From Niastella caeni (GTDB lineage: Bacteria > Bacteroidota > Bacteroidia > Chitinophagales > Chitinophagaceae), in NCBI RefSeq assembly GCF_004834005.1, contig NZ_STFF01000009.1:90649-154648 (forward strand): 64,000 nucleotides of DNA, in the 5' to 3' direction. The stretch's first letter is position 1. The number at the start of each line of letters is the position of its first letter. The notes under the pieces are model-generated. The model was not told the DNA's origin. It did no database searches and saw only the letters and a list, made by a program, of their open reading frames with translations. The position numbers were made by a program, and so were the translations under genes. Shown here piece by piece: positions 30,407 through 40,035 of this stretch.

Positions 30407-30563
30407 TCTCGTTCCAAAAAATGTCATTCGCACCTGTAATGTTTATTGCCCGAACCCTACCAATAATGTATAGCAGAAAACAAATAATCAGCCAACTGGT
30501 TTCATTATAGTTTCGTAAAATTGATGAACATTTATTTTTTTATCACAAAACCCCTAAACCCTT

Positions 30564-31172
30564 ATGCTGCTCAGTGTTACTTCCTGGTGGCATCACCTGG
30601 CAACCTTTGAAAAGATCCTTTGGGGAATTGCCATCGTGTTTTCTGCTATTTACCTGCTTCAAAGTATGTTGTCGCTTTCCGGCGGAGATGTAGATCATAC
30701 AGACGGCGATGCAGATAGTTACGTCGATCATGACGATGGCATCTCGTACCAGTTCTTTACCATCAAAAACATGATCGCCTTTTTCACCATGTTTGGCTGG
30801 GTGGGCATCGCTGCTTATTCCAGTGGCATAGGAAAATTTGCCACTATTCTGCTGGCGTTGGCCGGCGGAACGGCCGTAGTGTTGCTGATGGTCATTGTGT
30901 TGAAAAACATGAGCCGGCTTCGCCACAATGGCGCCCTGCAATTAACCAATGCCATCAATCAAACAGGCACCACCTATTTATTTATTCCGGCCAAACGCGG
31001 CGGCACCGGAAAAGTGCATATAAAAGTGCAGGGCACCCTGCATGAATTACCTGCCATGACAGATGATGATGAAGAAATTGCAACAGGTAAACTCATCAGG
31101 GTGAAAAACATCATCAACGACCGCATTTTACTGGTAACGCTTGCCGATCATAATCTTTCATACAAGATATAA
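30564..31172 (+). CDS. NfeD-like (YuaF/YqiJ-type) membrane protein, partner of flotillin
   Basis: N-terminal TM helices plus a C-terminal beta-rich OB-like domain; immediately upstream of an SPFH/flotillin gene. Confidence 0.5.
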   Translation: MLLSVTSWWHHLATFEKILWGIAIVFSAIYLLQSMLSLSGGDVDHTDGDADSYVDHDDGISYQFFTIKNMIAFFTMFGWVGIAAYSSGIGKFATILLALAGGTAVVLLMVIVLKNMSRLRHNGALQLTNAINQTGTTYLFIPAKRGGTGKVHIKVQGTLHELPAMTDDDEEIATGKLIRVKNIINDRILLVTLADHNLSYKI

Positions 31173-31205
31173 ACGCCAATTTCAAACCCTTAAATTAATG
31201 ACGTT

Positions 31206-32795
31206 ATGGATCAATTTCTGATTGTAGTGGCAGGGGCCGTGTTGTTCCTTTTCATTTTGATCATCTCCATGTTCCGCCGGTACAAGCGGTGTCCCAGCGA
31301 CCGCGTGCTGGTGGTGTATGGTAAAGTAGGCCGCACCAAAGATGGTACCGACGGCAACCTCAGCGCCAAATGTATACATGGAGGCGCCGCCTTCATCTGG
31401 CCTGTTATCCAGGATTATTCATTCCTCGATCTCACGCCCATTTCCATTGAGGTAAATTTAACGAATGCGCTGAGTAAGCAAAACATTCGCGTAGATGTGC
31501 CTTCCCGGTTTACCGTTGGTATTTCAACCGAGCAGGGTGTTATGCAGAATGCAGCGGAACGTTTGCTTGGGTTACAACAACCCCAAATTAACGACCTGGC
31601 TAAAGACATCATCCTGGGACAAATGCGCCTGGTGGTTGCCATGATGGATATCGAGGAGATCAACAGCAACCGCGATAAATTCCTGGCCAATATAGCTTCC
31701 AACGTAGAAGCCGAGTTGGTTAAGATCGGTTTAAAAATGATCAACGTAAACGTAACCGATATTAAAGATGAAAGCGGTTACATTGAAGCGTTGGGTAAAG
31801 AAGCATCGGCTAAAGCGATCAACGAAGCGAAGAAAAGCGTTGCAGAGCAGGATAAAATTGGTGAAATTGGTAAAGCCATTGCCGAAAGAGAGCGCGACGT
31901 AAGCATGAAGCAAACCCAGAAAGAGCGCGACGTTCAGATTGCCGAAACACAACGCGACCGCGACTCCCTGATCGCTGTTGCCACCAAGGATAAGGAAGTA
32001 TTGATCGCCGCCGCTAAAAGAGATGAACAGATCGGTAAAGTAGAAGCAGAAAGAGATACCCGTATTAAATCGGCCGAAGCGAACTCTATTGCGGTGCAGG
32101 GTGAGAACATGGCGAAAATTCAGATAGCAGATTCAGAAGCATCGAGAAGAGAAAGAGAAGCGGAAGCGTTGAAAAGAGCCATGGCTGCTGAAAAAGTACA
32201 GGCTGCCCGGGCGTTGGAAGAAGCTTACCTCGCCGAACAAAAAGCGGAAGCTGCCAGGGCCGATAGAGAACGCGCTTCGCAAAACGCCAATATCGTAGTA
32301 ACGGCCGAAATACAAAAACAAAAAGCCATTATCGAAGCACAGGCGGAAGCTGAAAAGATCCGCGAAAAAGCAAAGGGTGAAGCCGACGCTATTTACGCCA
32401 AACTGGAAGCGGAAGCACGAGGTATGTACGAGATCTTAACCAAGCAGGCTGAAGGTTTAGACAGGATCGTGAAAGCCGCTGGAAATAATCCGAAAGATGC
32501 CGTACTGTTGCTTATTTCAGATAAACTGCCCGAGCTGGTGAAAATGCAAACCGAGGCTATCAAGAATATCAAGATCGATAAAGTAACGGTTTGGGAGAAC
32601 GGACAAAACGGATCGGGCAAAAGCTCTACCGCCAACTTTGTATCTGGCTTGTATAAAGCAGTACCACCGTTAAAAGATATTTTTGATATGGCCGGTATGG
32701 ACCTTCCTTCTTACCTGGGCAATACGAAGAAAGTAGAAGTTCCCGCCAATGGTGATACCAGTGAAGCCCTTGTCGTGAAAGATGATAAACAGTAA
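31206..32795 (+). CDS. Flotillin-family SPFH (band-7) domain protein (FloT/YqiK-like)
   Basis: N-terminal TM plus SPFH domain, then a long EA-rich coiled-coil repeat region; 529 aa. Confidence 0.8.
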   Translation: MDQFLIVVAGAVLFLFILIISMFRRYKRCPSDRVLVVYGKVGRTKDGTDGNLSAKCIHGGAAFIWPVIQDYSFLDLTPISIEVNLTNALSKQNIRVDVPSRFTVGISTEQGVMQNAAERLLGLQQPQINDLAKDIILGQMRLVVAMMDIEEINSNRDKFLANIASNVEAELVKIGLKMINVNVTDIKDESGYIEALGKEASAKAINEAKKSVAEQDKIGEIGKAIAERERDVSMKQTQKERDVQIAETQRDRDSLIAVATKDKEVLIAAAKRDEQIGKVEAERDTRIKSAEANSIAVQGENMAKIQIADSEASRREREAEALKRAMAAEKVQAARALEEAYLAEQKAEAARADRERASQNANIVVTAEIQKQKAIIEAQAEAEKIREKAKGEADAIYAKLEAEARGMYEILTKQAEGLDRIVKAAGNNPKDAVLLLISDKLPELVKMQTEAIKNIKIDKVTVWENGQNGSGKSSTANFVSGLYKAVPPLKDIFDMAGMDLPSYLGNTKKVEVPANGDTSEALVVKDDKQ

Positions 32796-32914
32796 TATGG
32801 TTTGATGGTTTGATTGTTTGATTGTTGGGGCTCCTCAAATAAGATCGAACTGACCGAATTGCGGGAACCATAACCATTAAACAATCTAACCATCAAACAA
32901 TAATCATTATCTTT

Positions 32915-32942
32915 AAAGAGTCCCGGCAAGCCGGGACTCTTT
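32915..32942 (+). terminator. Perfect 12-bp stem / 4-nt loop hairpin (AAAGAGTCCCGG-CAAG-CCGGGACTCTTT) ending at the UbiA start codon
   Basis: Seen directly; followed by TTATGTT, so the ATG at 32943 lies in the U-tract position. Confidence 0.5.
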
Positions 32943-33806
32943 ATGTTACAACGATCTACCATACAACTGCTCCGGCTCCATTTTGCTTTTTTCCTGTTAC
33001 CGGTATACCTGTTCGCATTAAGCCAGGTACCCGTTATCAATACAGGGCATGCCATATTGATCTTTTTCATCCTGCATTTACTCGTGTATCCTTCCAGCAA
33101 TGGCTATAATTCATACATGGACCGTGATGAATCGTCTATCGGCGGCGTCAAACATCCACTGCAGCCTACACGGCAGCTATTTTACCTCAGTATCATCATG
33201 GATGTAGTGGCTGTTCTTTTAAGCCTTTTTATCAGTTATTGGTTTACATTTTGTATAATAGCGTACATAGCCGCATCAAGAGCATACAGTTACCGGGGGA
33301 TCCGGCTTAAAAAATATCCAATCGGCGGTTATTTGACCGTAATAATTTACCAGGGCGCCGTAACCTGGTTTATGGTATATCACGGAAGCAGCATCGACAA
33401 AACAATAGCAGTGCCACCGGCCGGCATGGTAACCGCCAGCTTACTGATAGGCGGTTTTTATCCGCTCACACAGGTATACCAGCACGAGGCCGACCGGAAA
33501 GATGGCGTAGTTACCATCAGTGCATTACTGGGCTACAGAGGTACTTTTATTTTTACCGCATTGGTGTACACCGCGGCTATGAGCATCCTGGCCTGGTGGT
33601 TCTTTACCCATGGAGAACAAAAAAAGTTCATAGCATTAGCAACTATGATGCTGCCAATTCTCGTATATTTTTTTAGTTGGGCCTTTTTGGTGTGGAAAGA
33701 TGTACGCACCGCCAATTTTGCCAATGCGATGCGAATGAATATACTGGCGTCCATCTGTACCAACCTGGCTTTTCTTACCATATTAATCTGGAGGGGATTT
33801 GAGTAA
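32943..33806 (+). CDS. UbiA-family aromatic prenyltransferase (integral membrane)
   Basis: Asp-rich motifs NGYNSYMDRDES and YQHEADRKDG; 8-9 TM helices. Confidence 0.75.
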   Translation: MLQRSTIQLLRLHFAFFLLPVYLFALSQVPVINTGHAILIFFILHLLVYPSSNGYNSYMDRDESSIGGVKHPLQPTRQLFYLSIIMDVVAVLLSLFISYWFTFCIIAYIAASRAYSYRGIRLKKYPIGGYLTVIIYQGAVTWFMVYHGSSIDKTIAVPPAGMVTASLLIGGFYPLTQVYQHEADRKDGVVTISALLGYRGTFIFTALVYTAAMSILAWWFFTHGEQKKFIALATMMLPILVYFFSWAFLVWKDVRTANFANAMRMNILASICTNLAFLTILIWRGFE

Positions 33807-34899
33807 AATAATTGCAATCGGTACGGCAGTGCCTTCATTCAAACACCGGCAACAGGATATCCTGCAGTTCATGCAGTTGATCTATTCATTTTCCGAAGCG
33901 GATAAACGCCGGTTGCGCTTTTTGTATCATCAAAGCCATATTGATACCCGTTATTCAGTGATCCCCGATTACAGCCGAAAATTCCCGGAATGGAAGTTTT
34001 ACCCGCATACTGAAAACCTGGAACCATTTCCATCGCTTGAACAACGCATGATCTGGTATCACAAATACGCGCCCCAGCTATCAGTAAACGCCATTCGCGA
34101 TTGCCTCGATGGCAAATTACCCGAATCGGAGATCACCCACCTGATCACTGTTAGCTGCACCGGCATGAGCGCGCCCGGGCTCGACCTGCAGGTAATGGAA
34201 TTGCTCGATCTTCCCCGGCATACCGCCCGTTCTTCCATAAACTTTATGGGTTGCTACGCCGGTATTCATGCTTTAAAAACAGCCGATGCCATTTGCCAGA
34301 CTGATAAACTGGCAAAAGTATTGATCGTTTGCACGGAGCTGTGCACGTTACATTTTCAACGCGAGCCAACGATCGACAATATTGCTTCCAGCCTGCTGTT
34401 TGCCGATGGCAGCGCCGCCGCCGTGATAACAAGCGATGCACATCCGGCAAAAGGCCTGCGCCTCGATGGTTTTTATTCGGAAGTGATCCCCAAAGGCAAA
34501 AAAGACATGGCCTGGGAAATTTCCTCCACCGGTTTCCTCATGACATTGAGCAGCTATATTCCCGATCTGCTGGAAGAAGATTTCAGCCATTTTACCAACA
34601 GGGCGTTGGCCAGAACCGGGTTAACCAAACAGGACATTACCCACTGGTGCATTCACCCCGGCGGCAAAAAAATACTGGAGACCATTCACAAAACGCTGTC
34701 ATTACAAAACGGCGAGCTACAAGCCTCCTACGACATACTGCAGCAGTATGGCAATATGTCGTCGCCCTCTATTCTTTTCGTGCTGAAAAAAATAGCGCCC
34801 GCCCTCTGGCATACCCACAACAAGAAAGAAAGAATTTTCGGAGCCGCCTTTGGTCCCGGCCTTACCATGGAAACGTTTGTAGCATCAACGAATTCCTAA
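33799..34899 (+). CDS. Type III polyketide synthase (chalcone/stilbene-synthase superfamily; alkylresorcinol/alkylpyrone synthase-like). Its TTG start overlaps the UbiA stop.
   Basis: Catalytic triad contexts FMGCYAG (Cys), IHPGGKKIL (His), YGNMSSPSI (Asn). Confidence 0.85.
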   Translation: MSKIIAIGTAVPSFKHRQQDILQFMQLIYSFSEADKRRLRFLYHQSHIDTRYSVIPDYSRKFPEWKFYPHTENLEPFPSLEQRMIWYHKYAPQLSVNAIRDCLDGKLPESEITHLITVSCTGMSAPGLDLQVMELLDLPRHTARSSINFMGCYAGIHALKTADAICQTDKLAKVLIVCTELCTLHFQREPTIDNIASSLLFADGSAAAVITSDAHPAKGLRLDGFYSEVIPKGKKDMAWEISSTGFLMTLSSYIPDLLEEDFSHFTNRALARTGLTKQDITHWCIHPGGKKILETIHKTLSLQNGELQASYDILQQYGNMSSPSILFVLKKIAPALWHTHNKKERIFGAAFGPGLTMETFVASTNS

Positions 34900-34959
34900 T
34901 GTTTTGTGAGAGCGGATGGCGCGTTTCGCAGGTAGATTAGAAAATCATATATTACAATC

Positions 34960-35676
34960 GTGAATTTTCGTCACCGATCATATCAACACGAATTGCTCGA
35001 CCGCCCGGATATTCCTTTTGAGGATATTAAACGGAATATGCAGGAATTGAATTTCATCAACACCTGGTTGGGAGGCCATGCCATTACCATTACCGGCGTG
35101 GAAGCATTGGTGAACAAAAATGGTCCGGTTACTATTTGCGAGATCGGGTGTGGCGGTGGCGACAACCTGGCGGCCATTCAAAAGTGGTGCGAAAAAAGAA
35201 ACATTAAGGCCGCTTTTATTGGTATTGACATCAATCCTCATTGCATTGATGTAGCCGCCAATCGCCAACTTAACAACACGCAACTGATCGCGTCTGATTA
35301 TAAAGAAGTGCAACTGGAAATGCAACCGGATATTATTTTTTCATCATTATTCTGCCATCACTTCTCCGACCGGGAAATGGTAAAAATATTACAATGGATG
35401 AAAACCAATGCCCGGCTGGGGTTCTTTATAAACGATCTGCACCGGCATCGGCTTGCTTATTACTCAATAAAAGTGTTGACCGCTTTGTTTTCGAACAGTT
35501 ACCTGGTGAAACATGATGCGCCTTTATCTGTAGCCCGTGGATTCACAAAAGATGAATGGTTACAATTTTTCAATATCGCCGGCATCAGCAATTTTTCAAT
35601 AGAATGGAAATGGGCCTTTCGCTGGCTGATCGTATTCAGGAATACAGAAGCAGGAAGCAGTAAGCCAGAAGTATGA
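34960..35676 (+). CDS. Class I SAM-dependent methyltransferase
   Basis: Glycine-rich SAM motif ICEIGCGGGDNL; acidic beta2 end FIGIDIN. Confidence 0.65.
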   Translation: MNFRHRSYQHELLDRPDIPFEDIKRNMQELNFINTWLGGHAITITGVEALVNKNGPVTICEIGCGGGDNLAAIQKWCEKRNIKAAFIGIDINPHCIDVAANRQLNNTQLIASDYKEVQLEMQPDIIFSSLFCHHFSDREMVKILQWMKTNARLGFFINDLHRHRLAYYSIKVLTALFSNSYLVKHDAPLSVARGFTKDEWLQFFNIAGISNFSIEWKWAFRWLIVFRNTEAGSSKPEV

Positions 35677-35754
35677 AAACTACACAACCTCCCGCCATTT
35701 TCGGGAAGCGGAATCGTATTACAAAACTTGTATGATTACATTGAAAACTGAATT

Positions 35755-36894
35755 TTGAACCCTCAACCAAAATATGATATAGCCATTGTTGGTGGAGGAC
35801 TGGCCGGACTTGCGCTGGCCATTCAATGCGCCCGTGCGGGTTATAAAACCGTGTTGTTCGAAAGAGAAAAATATCCGTTTCATAAAGTTTGCGGTGAATA
35901 TATAAGCCTAGAAAGCTGGAACTTTTTGCAGGACCTCGGCCTTCCGCTCAGCGATATGCAGGTACCTATCATCAACCGCCTGCTCATTACAACGCCCGAT
36001 GGAAATTATATTGAATCGCCTTTGCCACTGGGTGGTTTTGGCATCAGCCGGTATACGCTCGATCATTTGCTGGCCAACATTGCCAGGCAGGAAGGCGTTA
36101 CCGTGCTTGAAGAAACCAAAGTGGTAAATGTAGTGTATCGTAACAACGCTTTTCTGGTTTTCACCAATAAAGGCGACACAGAAGCAACCGTGGTTGCCGG
36201 CGCTTATGGCAAACGCGGCAACCTGGATATAAAATGGAAAAGGCAATTCACCAAAGTAAAACCCAATAAACTCAACCATTACATTGCCGTAAAGTATCAC
36301 ATTCAAACGCATCATCCTGCCGACCTCATTGCCCTCCACAATTTTGAAAATGGCTATTGTGGAATTTCCCAAATTGAGGAAAATAAATTTTGCCTTTGCT
36401 ATTTAACTACGGCCGCTAACCTGCGCAAGTGCAGGAATGATATTAGCAGTATGGAAAGAAATATTCTTATGAAAAATCCTTTCCTGGAGAAAATCTTTTC
36501 CAATGCTGAAATACTATACGAAGAACCATTGACCATTTCCCGGATCTCCTTCAACCAAAAATCACAAATTGAAAACCATGTTTTAATGATTGGCGATACG
36601 GCCGGCCTGATTGCCCCATTATGTGGCAATGGCATGAGCATGGCCCTGCACAGCAGTAAACTGGCTTTTGAAGAGATCAATTCGTTCCTGCAGGGACGAA
36701 TTAACCGGTATGAAATGGAGATCCAATATACCCAGCAATGGGAAAAACAATTTGGCCGCCGATTACAGGCCGGACGATTGTTACAAAGTTTTTTTGGCAG
36801 CAGCTTCCTATCCAACGTACTCATAAAACTGGTAAAACCATTTCCAAAGTTTGTAGCGTTCCTAATACAACAAACGCATGGAAAGCCATTTTAA
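35755..36894 (+). CDS. FAD-dependent oxidoreductase (geranylgeranyl-reductase / flavin monooxygenase-like)
   Basis: N-terminal dinucleotide-binding YDIAIVGGGLAGLALA; GD motif MIGDTAGLIAP. Confidence 0.7.
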   Translation: MNPQPKYDIAIVGGGLAGLALAIQCARAGYKTVLFEREKYPFHKVCGEYISLESWNFLQDLGLPLSDMQVPIINRLLITTPDGNYIESPLPLGGFGISRYTLDHLLANIARQEGVTVLEETKVVNVVYRNNAFLVFTNKGDTEATVVAGAYGKRGNLDIKWKRQFTKVKPNKLNHYIAVKYHIQTHHPADLIALHNFENGYCGISQIEENKFCLCYLTTAANLRKCRNDISSMERNILMKNPFLEKIFSNAEILYEEPLTISRISFNQKSQIENHVLMIGDTAGLIAPLCGNGMSMALHSSKLAFEEINSFLQGRINRYEMEIQYTQQWEKQFGRRLQAGRLLQSFFGSSFLSNVLIKLVKPFPKFVAFLIQQTHGKPF

Positions 36895-38389
36895 CAAAGG
36901 GAAATTTATTTTGCTTGCTTTCTTATTGCTCCTGGTTTACTTACATGGTTATACGCAAAACTATTACGCCATCCAGGGCAGTAACTATGCAGGTAGCCTG
37001 GGTATTGGCAATAACCCGGCCTCTATTGTAAATACACCTTACAAATGGGATCTCGATATACTGTCGGTACAGGTGAAGAATGCTACCAATGGCGTTGTCA
37101 TTGAAAACTATTCCCTGCTCAGCGATCCCGGTAAATCACAATACAGGTTCCGCGAAGGCGATTACCGGCGGTTTGCCTATACCGATTTCAACATCAACCT
37201 GTTAAACGCCCGGTATGCGCTCAACCGCCGGCAGGCTATTGGCGCTGGCATCAACCTGCGTAGTTATGCGCAATTAAGTACAGGCCCCATCAACTTTATT
37301 GATACGTTAAAAACTACCCGCGACTTTCTTGATCTGGGCAATTATAACCGGAAATTATATGGTGATTTCGTTCATAGCAGTTGGCTTGAATTTTTTGTTA
37401 CCTGGGCGCAAACCATCTGGGACCGTGCCGACAGACGGCTCAATGCCGGCATCACAGCAAAGATCTCCCGCGGTCTTTCAGGCGCATATATTAACGTATT
37501 GAATGGAAGCACAACTCAAACAGTACATGGCAATTCGTATGCCTATACAATGCAGGATGTATATGCAGAATATGGTTACTCGCATAACTATGATACATGG
37601 CAGAAGGGAAGAAGCCGCAATCAAAACGTACGTGATTTTTTAAATTATTCCCGGGCCGGCTTATCGCTCGACCTGGGCGTTGAATACCTCATAAAACCCG
37701 GAGTGGTCTCTTCTGTTTTTGATGAGGACGACTATTACGATTACGACTGGAAAATTGGTTTGTCATTATTAGATATAGGTTTTAATCAATTCCAGTATGG
37801 CCGCAACAGCCGAATTGTTACCGGGTTCCAGGATAATATAATCGATACAGTGCTTGATGTACGATTTACTGATATAAGCAACCTGCAGGAATTTAACGAC
37901 CGGCTGGAAGGCATAGCAGGGAACATACAACAACCTAACGGCCCGTTTAAGGTGGTAAATCCTGCCCGGTTGGTGTTGAATGTTGACCGTTATTTATTTG
38001 GCGCCTGGTACGTGAATGGTAACGCATCGCTCAACCTTTCTTCATTAAGCGGCAGCCAATGGCGGTTAACCGAATTAAATATGTTAACCATTACACCGCG
38101 TTGGGAAACCAAACTGTGGGGATTTTATCTTCCGGTACAGTTCAATACAAAAGAACAATTTTGGGTGGGCGGCGCTTTTAAAATTGGACCATTGCTGCTA
38201 GGTGTTCATAACTGGGCCAACGTGTTTGCCAAAAACAAAATGCAAAATGGCGGCGGATATATTGCGCTGGTCATACGGCCGGGAAAAAGTACCACCAACC
38301 GGCTCGACAAAAGACTGGATTGCCCAAAAGTTGGTACCAAGTTTTCCAAAAATCGTTTGGGCCAGAAGTTAAGTTGCCCGCCTAATTAA
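36878..38389 (+). CDS. Hypothetical secreted beta-rich protein (possible outer-membrane protein). Its start overlaps the oxidoreductase stop by 17 nt.
   Basis: Signal peptide MESHFNKGKFILLAFLLLLVYLHGYTQ; no recognisable catalytic motif. Confidence 0.4.
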   Translation: MESHFNKGKFILLAFLLLLVYLHGYTQNYYAIQGSNYAGSLGIGNNPASIVNTPYKWDLDILSVQVKNATNGVVIENYSLLSDPGKSQYRFREGDYRRFAYTDFNINLLNARYALNRRQAIGAGINLRSYAQLSTGPINFIDTLKTTRDFLDLGNYNRKLYGDFVHSSWLEFFVTWAQTIWDRADRRLNAGITAKISRGLSGAYINVLNGSTTQTVHGNSYAYTMQDVYAEYGYSHNYDTWQKGRSRNQNVRDFLNYSRAGLSLDLGVEYLIKPGVVSSVFDEDDYYDYDWKIGLSLLDIGFNQFQYGRNSRIVTGFQDNIIDTVLDVRFTDISNLQEFNDRLEGIAGNIQQPNGPFKVVNPARLVLNVDRYLFGAWYVNGNASLNLSSLSGSQWRLTELNMLTITPRWETKLWGFYLPVQFNTKEQFWVGGAFKIGPLLLGVHNWANVFAKNKMQNGGGYIALVIRPGKSTTNRLDKRLDCPKVGTKFSKNRLGQKLSCPPN

Positions 38390-38482
38390 GTCAGGTAAAC
38401 CCCACAGCTTTTGTTTATCGGTAATTATTTTTATTTTACAGGTCTGTAACTGATATAAAAAAATCTCAATCTGACCTGTAAA

Positions 38483-38932
38483 ATGAAAAAATTCACCTTA
38501 GCCATCGCGTTATTGTTTTTCATCTACCATAGTTCTGCACAAGCTGACACGTCAAAAAAGATAGGTACTGTTTCTATAGAAAACGCTCAGGTAAATACGG
38601 CTGAACCAACAGATTTTGACGACAAGGTCTTCACAAGGACAGAAATTGAACCTTCATTTCCGGGCGGAGCTGATTCATTGAAAAGCTTCCTTGCGAAAAA
38701 TCTTAAATACCCCCAAAAAACAGCAATAAAAGACTTTCAGGGCGCTGTTTTACTTCAATTCATTGTAGCCCGGGATGGCGCCATACAGGATCTTGAGGCT
38801 ATCTCCGGACCAGAGGAGTTTCGACAAGCAGCTATTGATGCCATGAAGAACAGTCCCAAATGGGTACCGGCCAGGCAGAATGGCAGAATTGTAAAATGTT
38901 ACAAGAAGCTGCCTGTTTACTTCAAGCCGTAA
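38483..38932 (+). CDS. Secreted TonB C-terminal-domain-only protein
   Basis: Signal peptide, then TonB_C-like EIEPSFPGG...GAVLLQFIV..DGAIQDLEAISGPEEFRQAAIDAMKNSPKWVPARQNG. Confidence 0.55.
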   Translation: MKKFTLAIALLFFIYHSSAQADTSKKIGTVSIENAQVNTAEPTDFDDKVFTRTEIEPSFPGGADSLKSFLAKNLKYPQKTAIKDFQGAVLLQFIVARDGAIQDLEAISGPEEFRQAAIDAMKNSPKWVPARQNGRIVKCYKKLPVYFKP

Positions 38933-38993
38933 ATTGTTTTGAAGTATCACTACCGAAAAATCAATAAAAATTTACCCAAACCTGGTTTATAGC

Positions 38994-39443
38994 ATGAAAA
39001 AACTAATTTCTGTAATTTCATTATTGCTTTGCATCTTCCAAGCTTCAGCACAAAACGATTCCACAAAAAAGCAAGTCATAACTACTGTTAAAAGTGATAC
39101 CACCCAGAAAACAAGAAATGCTGAAGGGGCATTATTGAAAGTAGAGGTCGAATCGGAATTCCCGGGCGGAATACAAGGGTGGCAGACCTTCCTGCATAAG
39201 AATCTTACCTATCCTAAAACAGCAATCAGTAAACGTATTCAGGGCATGGTCATACTTCGGTTTATTGTATGCACAGATGGAACGGTTTGCGATATAGAAG
39301 CGATCAGCGGGCCGGAGGAATTACGACAATCGGCCATTGACGTCTTGAAGAAAACGCCTAACTGGATCCCTGCCATGCAGGATGGCAAACAGGTAAAATC
39401 GTATAAAAAGCAAGCTCTATATTATCTCCTTGACGATTTTTAA
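38994..39443 (+). CDS. Secreted TonB C-terminal-domain-only protein (tandem paralog of the previous gene)
   Basis: Same length (149 aa) and same motif set (EVESEFPGG...ISGPEELRQSAIDVLKKTPNWIPAMQDG). Confidence 0.55.
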   Translation: MKKLISVISLLLCIFQASAQNDSTKKQVITTVKSDTTQKTRNAEGALLKVEVESEFPGGIQGWQTFLHKNLTYPKTAISKRIQGMVILRFIVCTDGTVCDIEAISGPEELRQSAIDVLKKTPNWIPAMQDGKQVKSYKKQALYYLLDDF

Positions 39444-39709
39444 CCTCTACGGCCACGTAAAATCTATACAAAACTAAGTACGGGCGTTGGCGTAGCTAAC
39501 GCTCTTTTTCATTTTATAAAACGCTCATTCATCTACTAGCCCAGGTGACACTCCTTTTGATTCTACTTAACCCACATTTTTTCAATTGCGTTTTACTAAA
39601 TCGATTATTATTTTCCAATTGCTTTAATTCTATTTATTTCAAATTATCAAGGTTGTTGCAATCCTAACTTGAAGGCTAAACCGGTTCTTTACTGTATCGA
39701 TCGTCCTTC

Positions 39710-39797
39710 TCACATGGACTTCACAGGGACTTAACAGGGACCTCACAGGGACCTCACAGGGACCTTACCCGGATCTTATCCTTGTGACGTCCCTGGA
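39710..39797. repeat. Six tandem 11-bp repeats (TCACATGGACT, TCACAGGGACT, TAACAGGGACC, TCACAGGGACC x2, TTACCCGGATC) followed by an inverted partial copy (GTGACGTCCCTGG)
   Basis: Seen directly; 11-bp period; lies in a 590-bp non-coding region upstream of a GbsR/MarR-type regulator gene. Confidence 0.8.
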
Positions 39798-40035
39798 AGG
39801 TTCTTGTTATATGCTTTGTATACCCGAACAAAGTGGACAAGATTTTAGGAAAAGCCGCGCCAAAGCCAGATCATATTAGAAATAAATACAATAATACATT
39901 TCACACAAGGTTGGAGCATATGACCAATTCATCCTACATCAGCTGTCTCTGGTTACAAAAGCCGCATCATCAAAATTTCACTAATTTTTGAAATTTCAGA
40001 AACACGGCCTATCTTTGTGCTGAGGAAGAAAAAAT

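Noticed and set aside
34329-34940. 203-aa Arg-rich ORF overlapping the type III PKS in another frame, plus antisense ORFs 34244-34590 and 34978-35325
   Set aside because: The PKS frame carries the catalytic Cys/His/Asn motifs. The alternative frames are Arg- or Gly-rich artefacts of codon composition.
39710-39775. Possible CRISPR array
   Set aside because: The repeat unit is only 11 bp, with no spacers and no cas genes. It is a simple tandem repeat.
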